From assembly GCA_965153355.1 (NCBI GenBank), contig OZ231126.1, forward strand, positions 7,254,001-7,318,000: a stretch of 64,000 nt of DNA, written 5' to 3'. Each line of letters opens with the position of its first letter. Within the stretch, counting starts at the first letter, position 1. The stretch comes from Flaccisagitta enflata (Eukaryota). The translations under genes and the position numbers were made by a program. Positions 56,880 through 64,000 of this stretch are shown here, in pieces. The notes beneath the pieces are model-generated. The model was not told where the DNA came from, did no database searches, and saw only the letters and a list, made by a program, of their open reading frames with translations.

Positions 56880-59800
56880 ATGCCGCGACCGGCCCAAACG
56901 GACATCTTCTTCACGTAAAGGATGAAATTGAGGGAAACAGATGGCTCGTCGACGGAGGGGCTCTCCTCTCCATCATCCCCCCAACAAAACCCCAACGACG
57001 TCTCGGCCCCAATGGTACGCAACTCTGCGCCGCAAACGGAACAAACATCGAGTGCTACGGAAAAATTCGCAAAACCCTCATGATCGGCGATCGGACATTC
57101 GAATTCGACTTCGTCATTGCCAACGTCCGCCAACGCATCCTCGGTGCCGATTTCTTGGCAGAGTTCTACCTTGCCCCTAACCACCGCGACGGAACACTAA
57201 TGGACTTGGACAATCTCGACGTCCTTCCCGCAACGTTCGCACAAAACGTCAAGTCAACTTCCGTCACCTTCATCAACGAAGTGAATGATCCCTGCTACAA
57301 GCTCCTGGACAGCTTCCCCGATATCCTCACCCCTTCGTTCGAACCAAAAGAGGTCAAGCACGGCGTACTCCATCACATTCCTACAGCCGGCCGACCAGTC
57401 CAATCCCAATCCAGACGCCTCGATCCAGAGAAGCTGAAAGTGGCAAAAGCAGAAATAGACAAGCTCGTGAAGCTAGGAGTTTGTCACCGCGGGAAGTCGG
57501 AGTGGGCCTCTCCATTAATGGTCGCCAAAAAGCCATGCCTCAGCCCATGCAGCTGCACGCCGACCACCCCCTGCGGCGGGTGGAGAGTCTGTGGCGATTA
57601 CCGCCGAGTCAACGCTATGACCACAGATGACAAATATCCTGTCAGAACCCTCGCCGACTTCAACGCGAACCTCCACGGCAAAAAAGTCTTTTCCAAAATC
57701 GACTTGGTGAAGGGTTATCACCAAATTCCCGTCGCTCCAGAGGACGTAGGCAAAACAGCAGTGATAACCCCCTTCGGCCTGTTCATTTTTCCACGAACTC
57801 CCTTCGGTCTAAAAAATGCAGGCCAGGACTTTCAACGCCTGATGGATTCAATCCTGGGAGACCTGCCTTACGTTTTCGTCTACATAGACGACATACTGGT
57901 CGCTTCCGACAGTATGGAGGAGCACCTCGAGCACCTCAAGCAAGTTTTCCAGATCTTGTCCGACAATGGTATGATTGTTAACCGCTCCAAATGCGTGCTC
58001 GGCAAATCATCTCTCGACTTCCTTGGATATCGCGTCGACGCAACAGGAATCTCTCCTCTCCCAGAACGCGTCGAAACAATCCGAGCAACGGCACCTCCGA
58101 CAACAATAAAAGAGTTGCAACGATTCAACGGGATGATCAATTATTATCGCCGTTGGATCCCACAAGCAGCCGGGCATATGTTCCACCTCTTCGACGCGCT
58201 GAAAGGCCAAAAGAAGGGAGGCCCGAAGACTCTTGACTGGACTCCAGACCGCCAAAAATCCTTTGACTCGGTCAAAGAAGCTCTGGCCAAAGCAACCCTT
58301 CTCCATCATCCTCGACCAAACGCCCAACTCGCACTCACAACCGACGCCTCTAACCAAGCCATCGGCGGCGTGTTGGAACAAAGAGGACCGCAAGGGTGGG
58401 AACCCTTGGCATTCTACAGCGCCAAACTCGTCGGAAATCAACCGCAATGGGTCCCTTATGACAGAGAACTTCTGGCAGCGTTCAAATCCATCCGCCATTT
58501 CCGACCTATGCTTGAAGGACGTCCTTTCACGCTATACTCTGATCACCAGAGCCTAGTTCCTTCAATCCACAAAAAATCGGATCCACAAACAGCGCGTCAA
58601 CAATACCAACTAGCCTGCATTGCCGAATACACGACAGATATACGTTACATCAAGGGCAAGGCCAATGTTGTGGCAGACCACCTCTCCCGCCCAGCTGAAT
58701 CTGACGCAACAATCAACAGCGTTTCCGAACAACATCCCTTTGTCACCGCAATGATCGAGTTTGGGATCATTTCCGCCATCTCCACAAAGCCGTCCGAAAA
58801 TACTCCAATCTCGCAGGACGCCAAAGGCGATCTTCAAGACGTCGTATGCTCCATCGGCCAAATGGGTATCGACCTGGAAGAATTAGCCAGAGATCAGCCT
58901 CTCGATCCTGAGTATCGACGCATCTCCGCGGATGCACGCACCGGTCTCAATCTCAAAAAATGCCAGCTGGAGTCATGCCAAATCATTGTGGACGTATCCA
59001 ACGGCCCTGCACGTCCTTTCGTGCCCATCTCATGGCGAAGACGTGTCTTCAACGTCATTCACGGTCTTGGCCACCCAGGCGTCCATCGAACTCAACAAGC
59101 CGTCGCAGCCAAATTCGTCTGGCCCTCAATGAAGCAGGACGTCACGAAATGGGCTCGTGAGTGCCTGGAATGTCAGCGGGCCAAAGTAACGCGGAACACG
59201 GTACAGCCAATTGGTGACTTCTACATTCCGGAAAAACGATTCGACCATTGGAACGTCGACTTAGTTTCAATGCCCAACTCAAATGGCTTCTCTTATCTAC
59301 TCACCGCAGTCGACCGCTTCTCACGCTGGCCCGTCGCAGTGCCACTGGCTGACACTACAGCCGCAACGGTCGCGGATGCATTTGCGCAAGGAATAGTAGC
59401 AAACTACGGAATCCCAGCTTCAATCACAACAGATAACGGTTCCCAATTTTGTTCTGCTCTTTGGACGCAGCTCATGCAGACATGGGGAATCAAATCCCAT
59501 TTCACAACAACATATCATCCCGAATCCAACGGCCTTGTGGAGCGATTCCATCGACGGTTAAAGGAATCCATGATTGCCTTGGGCAGCGACGAACCAAACG
59601 ACTGGTTCTGGCGACTTCCCTGCAGTCTTCTCGCCATAAGAACAACCCTCAAACCAGACCTAGGCGCCTCCCCTGCGGACATCGTTTACGGCGAAGGGCT
59701 AGCCGTACCGGGAACTCTCCTCTCTTCGCAACCACCGAGGGAGGAGCAACAGGCAGAAGAGCGCCCAAACTTCCTCAACAATCTCCTACTCGAAGTAGCG

Positions 59801-60646
59801 CGTCTTCAGCCCACGGCAACATCAGCGCACCGTCGTCCAAGAGTCTTTATCCCCGACGAACTAGAAAGAGCAACCCACGTCTTAGTCCGACGCGGCGGTA
59901 TATACCCATCTCTCAACGCGCCATACCTCGGTCCCTACCGAATAATCTCAAGGCAAGAAAATTTCTACCGCATCGCGATGCCTGGCGGGCGACCAGAAAA
60001 CATCTCCATCTCGCGACTAAAAGCCGCCACAATGCCAACTGGGGACGACAACCGCGAGCTCACGCCTTCACCCCCACCGTCACCTTCCAGATTGGGACGT
60101 CGCCCGCAACCTCCTCAGAATCCTCCTCCTCCCTCGGCTAGGCAAACACGTTCAGACAATGAGCCCAATAATGACGTTCAAACTCCACGCCCCAATCGCC
60201 GTCTGAGGCCTCCAAATCCGCAACAAAATCGATCAACATCGGCACGGACACCTGCGCACCCTGGTCCAACCAGTTCGGATCCGCTCTCTTATGACCCCGG
60301 TGAGGGAACATCGGCTCAAGCGAGAACTTGCTCCGACCCCATATCGTCTGACGAAGAAGATAGCTACTTGCGCAGACTCCGCCGTGGTCGTTCAACCAAT
60401 GCCAGCCCCGACAAGGAAAGCAATACTGGCGAAACTCCTCCTTCAACACAAACAACAGCAGTACCTGTTCCGCCAGTATCTCCTAACATCGAAGCTGCTG
60501 ATCCATTTGCAGGTCACTCCCCATCCGACACCAACCTCGCACCCTGCCAATGCGATCCACCCGACAATCCTACAGCGCCGTGCAACGCTGGACCGGCTCC
60601 TCCTCCCTCCTCCTCCTCCTCCTCCTCCTACTCCTCCTCCTCCTAA
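56774..60646 (+). CDS. pol: Pol polyprotein (protease, RT, RNase H, integrase, Pro/Ser-rich tail), probably expressed by frameshift near 56855
   Basis: LVDGGA, ILGADFL, PFGLKNA, YIDD (57881-57892), TTDAS, YDRELLA, HxxxH...CxxC, VDLV/TDNG/VERFH integrase triad. Confidence 0.95.
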   Translation: MQIPHSIRRRGPHMRTWLRQIQQHSIKREGRPASVNAATGPNGHLLHVKDEIEGNRWLVDGGALLSIIPPTKPQRRLGPNGTQLCAANGTNIECYGKIRKTLMIGDRTFEFDFVIANVRQRILGADFLAEFYLAPNHRDGTLMDLDNLDVLPATFAQNVKSTSVTFINEVNDPCYKLLDSFPDILTPSFEPKEVKHGVLHHIPTAGRPVQSQSRRLDPEKLKVAKAEIDKLVKLGVCHRGKSEWASPLMVAKKPCLSPCSCTPTTPCGGWRVCGDYRRVNAMTTDDKYPVRTLADFNANLHGKKVFSKIDLVKGYHQIPVAPEDVGKTAVITPFGLFIFPRTPFGLKNAGQDFQRLMDSILGDLPYVFVYIDDILVASDSMEEHLEHLKQVFQILSDNGMIVNRSKCVLGKSSLDFLGYRVDATGISPLPERVETIRATAPPTTIKELQRFNGMINYYRRWIPQAAGHMFHLFDALKGQKKGGPKTLDWTPDRQKSFDSVKEALAKATLLHHPRPNAQLALTTDASNQAIGGVLEQRGPQGWEPLAFYSAKLVGNQPQWVPYDRELLAAFKSIRHFRPMLEGRPFTLYSDHQSLVPSIHKKSDPQTARQQYQLACIAEYTTDIRYIKGKANVVADHLSRPAESDATINSVSEQHPFVTAMIEFGIISAISTKPSENTPISQDAKGDLQDVVCSIGQMGIDLEELARDQPLDPEYRRISADARTGLNLKKCQLESCQIIVDVSNGPARPFVPISWRRRVFNVIHGLGHPGVHRTQQAVAAKFVWPSMKQDVTKWARECLECQRAKVTRNTVQPIGDFYIPEKRFDHWNVDLVSMPNSNGFSYLLTAVDRFSRWPVAVPLADTTAATVADAFAQGIVANYGIPASITTDNGSQFCSALWTQLMQTWGIKSHFTTTYHPESNGLVERFHRRLKESMIALGSDEPNDWFWRLPCSLLAIRTTLKPDLGASPADIVYGEGLAVPGTLLSSQPPREEQQAEERPNFLNNLLLEVARLQPTATSAHRRPRVFIPDELERATHVLVRRGGIYPSLNAPYLGPYRIISRQENFYRIAMPGGRPENISISRLKAATMPTGDDNRELTPSPPPSPSRLGRRPQPPQNPPPPSARQTRSDNEPNNDVQTPRPNRRLRPPNPQQNRSTSARTPAHPGPTSSDPLSYDPGEGTSAQARTCSDPISSDEEDSYLRRLRRGRSTNASPDKESNTGETPPSTQTTAVPVPPVSPNIEAADPFAGHSPSDTNLAPCQCDPPDNPTAPCNAGPAPPPSSSSSSSYSSSS
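56849..56894 (+). promoter_or_regulatory. Putative -1 ribosomal frameshift signal
   Basis: A_TCA_AAC, 5-nt spacer, then a GC-rich stem GGCCGG-C-CGGCA/TGCCG-CGA-CCGGCC; pol is in the -1 frame relative to gag. Confidence 0.6.
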
Positions 60647-60995
60647 TTCAAGAAATAATCTGATCCCACTACCGCCGGCAAGATCTCCTCATCCTCGACC
60701 TGTGCGAGGCTCCGACGTTAGCCGACGAAAGGCTCGAGACTTTCCCCGTCGACGTCCAGACGTCAACGCGCTACGCAGTATCTTGATGAACCTCAACCTG
60801 AATTAGCTTCATTGTAATTGTCTTTAAGTGAAACCCATCTTATGATTTCTATTTTCAATATTTGTATACGTGTTGTATATACAGTTTCATTCTTACTACC
60901 TTTTATGTAGATTGAAAAAACCTTGGAATCTTTTATCAATACGCTTAACGTCTTTGCTTGTTCCTTACAATACGTCAAACCGTCTGGGGGGGGTG

Positions 60996-61497
60996 TGTGG
61001 CTATAGCCTTTTACTCAAATTCCAAGGTGGATTATTGCTGGCAACTTTAGGAGTTTCCAACCAAAAGAACCTCTGATTCAGCGTTTTGCTTTTAGTACTT
61101 CAATCCTGCTATTCGCCGTAACACGTTTCACTTCTTATATCCGTTACACGTTTATGCCATCCGGTCACGAACCGGATTATTGCTGGCAATCTGCCAGGGA
61201 GGATTGAAGCCCCCTTTTTCGGAATCTCACTGTCCAATGAGAGCGCCTCATTGTCCGTTTTCTAACCAATCAGGAATAGCCTTTTGGTTTCATAACTCGC
61301 CGCCTTCAATCCGGTTTTAGAACATTCCGGAATAGGATTGAAGCACCCTTTTTTCGGTGCACCTTTTTACACCAATCACAGCTCTTAGCTTAGCCAATCA
61401 GGATTTGCCTGATCAACTAAATTGCCGGAGATAATCCGGTTGTGTAACAGCTGCCCCTTTAAAAGCAGAAGGATTTGCCTTCTCTTTAGTTGCTGCT
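60996..61497 (+). repeat. 3' LTR, left part, interrupted by a LINE
   Basis: Begins TGTGGCTA just after the PPT; identity to the 5' LTR ends at TTGCTGCT 61497. Confidence 0.85.
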
Positions 61498-64000
61498 GCT
61501 GATGGCGCGACTGATGGGTCACTTTTCCCCCAATTATGCGTTTCCTGACATATAACCCTGGCGGACTAGGAGGGGGACCAAGAGCCCGGCAGAAGGGCTC
61601 TTGGATCCTTTCTTATCTCCAAAGGGGGTCTGATATTGGGGCCTTTGCCCTACAAGAGACACACTGCTCAGATATTGAGCAGTTGTGTCAACCAGTGCAA
61701 GACATGCGTCTATCACACCATGTCTTGCATTCAGGATTCGCAGATGGGGATGGGTATGCGGGTGTCTGCTTGGTCATTTCTCGCGAGTTTGAGGTCGTGA
61801 ATGAAAGGGTGTTGAGTGTTGGTCGGTTGGTTGTGGTGAGAGTGCGGAGTGTGGTGTTTTTGCATGAGATCGACCTGGTGGTCATTTATGGCTACCCGGG
61901 CGATAGATTGGGTGGTACTCGGGCTCTCATTGAGAGCCTTGAGGCGGCGGTGGATGATAGCGTGCCGGTTGTTGTTATGGGTGACTGGAATTTTGTGATT
62001 GATGCTGTGGACAGGAGTGGGGGTGTTGTGGGAGCAAACGAGACTGCTTGTGGCCGCTATATGGCTGGTGTGATTGAGGGGACTGGTCTTTGTGACGCTC
62101 TTAGGATTGACGGGCGGACGGATGCGGTTTTCTCTTACGAACAAGGGACACACAAGAGCAGGATTGACAGGGTGTACATAGACGGAGTGACGGCCGGAAG
62201 GGTGAAAGGGTGCCGCTACTTTTGGGCAAATGGGGTTAGTAGCGGACACAAGGTTTGCGAGGTTGAGATTGAGGACCAGGTAAGGCAGGGCGAGGGCTAC
62301 TGGAAGTTCAATGTAAGTCTGTTGAAAGACAGTTCTTACACTGGACTTCTAAGGGGACAGATAAGGGAGGTCAGGCAAGGGAAGGGGGGTTTTGCTAATG
62401 ATGGTGAGTGGTGGGATTGGGCGAAGGAGGTGTGGCGTTTGGTGACCTTGGAGTACAGTAGAGAGAAGGCAAGAGCGAGGAGGGAGTATGTTTGGAGGTT
62501 GAAAGAGGAAAGAGAGAGGTTGGAATGGGATGTGGCGTATGGTTGGGCGAGTGAAGTAGAGAAGGGTGAGTTGGAAAGAGTGGAGCGGTTGTTGAAGGAG
62601 GAGGAGGAGAGAAGGGCGGAGGGGCACAGGGTAAGGGCAAGGCTGCCCAATTTTGCAGAGAGGGAACCAGGAGTGGCGTATATCAGTAAGATGGAGAAAA
62701 GCAGGTCAGGCAGGAACTTGATATACGCCTTGAGGGACAGGCAGGGTGTTGTGCAATACGGGTCGGAAGGGGTACTGGACGTGGCGCACGGGTTCTATAC
62801 GGACTTGTTTACAAGCGATGGGACGGACGGTAACGTGCAGGATCAACTACTTCACAGACTGACGAGGACTTTGTCGCCAGAGTCCCACGAGATGTGTGAA
62901 AGGCGGATGAATGTGGAGGAGCTGGGGGAGGCACTTAAGACACTCCAGAACGGTAAGGCGCCGGGGGAGGACGGCTTCCCTGCCGAATTCTGGAAGTTCT
63001 TTTGGGCCGACCTTTCCAGTGACTTCTTGGGTGTAGTCGAGTGCGCGTATGAGAGTGGACGCTTGCCTGAGAGTATGCGTGGTGGTGTGATTCGGTTGTT
63101 GTATAAAAAGGGTGACAAATTAGAGGTTGGGAACTACCGACCCGTCACCTTGGTTAATGCCGACTACAAGATCATCAGTAGGGTGATCGCACGGAGAATG
63201 TCGAAGGTCCTGCCAGAGCTTATACATGAGGATCAGACGTGTGTTCCAGGTCGCCGTATCTCTACTAATCTACATGTCCTTCGGGATGTTGTAGATTATT
63301 GCGACGGCACTGAAACACCGGCTGCCGTGCTCTGTCTGGATCAGGAGAAGTGCTTCGACCGAGTAGACCACGGCTTTATGCTTAAGGTAATGGGTGGGAT
63401 GGGGTACGGGCCGGGTTTTTTGAGGTGGATAAGGGTGTTCTATAATGGGGTGCACTCCAGGGTATTGATAAATGGGTTTTTCAGTGATAAGATCAGGCTA
63501 GATAGGGGCACCCGTCAGGGTGACCCTCCGTCCAGTCACATTTATGTGATGGTGGCGGAAGTACTGGCCAGTCAGATAAGGGGGAATCCCCGGATTAAAG
63601 GGGTAAGGGTTTCCGGGGTAGAGAAGAAAATCGGCCAGTACGCCGACGACACTCAGGCGTTTTTAACGTCTGATGAGTCGATGCGGCAGTTCATGAGCGA
63701 GGTTCGCCTCTACGAGGCAGCCTCGGGGGGGAGGTTAAATGTAGTTAAAACGGAGGGGCTTTTTTTAGGACCCTGGAGGGCTAGGACAGACAGGCCGTTT
63801 GGTTTTGCTTGGAAAAGCGACAGAGTGCGGGTGCTGGGGACGTGGATCGGGGATGCCCAATGCGCCACTGATAACTTCACAGCGCAGTTTGCCTCCATCC
63901 GTGCAAAGCTCCAGGGGTGGAAATCGCGCCCACTATCGGAGCTTGGCAAGGTCATGGTGGCAAATGTGCTGCTATATTCGCGCTTGTGGTATAGGACTGA
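61498..64000 (+). mobile_element. Tx1/L1-clade non-LTR retrotransposon, 5'-truncated just upstream of ORF2; continues beyond the window
   Basis: Abrupt switch to G-rich sequence; APE plus RT ORF. Confidence 0.9.
61536..64000 (+). CDS. LINE ORF2 (APE endonuclease + reverse transcriptase), open to the window end; missing from the ORF track
   Basis: Manual translation: MRFLTYN, LQETH, MGDWN, SRIDRVY, YWKFNVSLL, KAPGEDG, NYRPVTL, LDQEKCFDRV, GTRQGDP, YADD (63639-63650); no stop seen. Confidence 0.93.
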   Translation, partial: MRFLTYNPGGLGGGPRARQKGSWILSYLQRGSDIGAFALQETHCSDIEQLCQPVQDMRLSHHVLHSGFADGDGYAGVCLVISREFEVVNERVLSVGRLVVVRVRSVVFLHEIDLVVIYGYPGDRLGGTRALIESLEAAVDDSVPVVVMGDWNFVIDAVDRSGGVVGANETACGRYMAGVIEGTGLCDALRIDGRTDAVFSYEQGTHKSRIDRVYIDGVTAGRVKGCRYFWANGVSSGHKVCEVEIEDQVRQGEGYWKFNVSLLKDSSYTGLLRGQIREVRQGKGGFANDGEWWDWAKEVWRLVTLEYSREKARARREYVWRLKEERERLEWDVAYGWASEVEKGELERVERLLKEEEERRAEGHRVRARLPNFAEREPGVAYISKMEKSRSGRNLIYALRDRQGVVQYGSEGVLDVAHGFYTDLFTSDGTDGNVQDQLLHRLTRTLSPESHEMCERRMNVEELGEALKTLQNGKAPGEDGFPAEFWKFFWADLSSDFLGVVECAYESGRLPESMRGGVIRLLYKKGDKLEVGNYRPVTLVNADYKIISRVIARRMSKVLPELIHEDQTCVPGRRISTNLHVLRDVVDYCDGTETPAAVLCLDQEKCFDRVDHGFMLKVMGGMGYGPGFLRWIRVFYNGVHSRVLINGFFSDKIRLDRGTRQGDPPSSHIYVMVAEVLASQIRGNPRIKGVRVSGVEKKIGQYADDTQAFLTSDESMRQFMSEVRLYEAASGGRLNVVKTEGLFLGPWRARTDRPFGFAWKSDRVRVLGTWIGDAQCATDNFTAQFASIRAKLQGWKSRPLSELGKVMVANVLLYSRLWYRT

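Larger units (their letters stand above)
53540..61497 (+). mobile_element. Ty3/Gypsy LTR retrotransposon in a dynein intron, antisense to the host gene
   Basis: 469-bp direct repeat 53540-54008 / 61029-61497; gag and pol in PR-RT-RH-IN order; G8 PPT at 60986-60993. Confidence 0.95.

Noticed and set aside
61731-63955. Minus-strand ORFs over the LINE, and similar shadow ORFs over gag, pol, the GPCR and GCP6
   Set aside because: Antisense or off-frame shadows of real coding sequence, with no recognisable motifs

Overview
AT-rich, microsatellite- and transposon-dense genomic DNA from an animal, probably a ciliated invertebrate (inferred; it is not prokaryotic). Three host genes are visible: (1) a late exon of gamma-tubulin complex component 6 (+, about 5954-6997) whose 3' end is unresolved; (2) an apparently complete 5-exon, 1258-aa receptor gene (+, 33220-43480) with signal peptide, kringle, somatomedin-B, Cys-rich ectodomain and a family-B/Methuselah-like 7TM, plus a duplicated frameshifted first exon and decayed kringle fragments; (3) the last seven exons of an outer-arm axonemal dynein heavy chain (DNAH5/8-like, -, 53352 to 45610), convergent with the receptor. 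The next dynein intron holds a young Ty3/Gypsy LTR retrotransposon (53540-61497). It has a ~1 kb tetraloop-rich structured leader, a tRNA-derived Pol III-type module, a non-canonical -1 frameshift site, a DGG protease and a 4-Cys RT insertion. Its 3' LTR is interrupted just after the predicted transcription start by a Tx1/L1-type LINE whose open ORF2 (61536 to window end) is missing from the supplied ORF track. The remainder is nested non-autonomous DNA transposons (hAT, Tc1/mariner, Chapaev-like, Helentron/HINE-like), foldback elements and simple repeats. All homology calls are by eye from remembered family motifs; no searches or folding programs were run.
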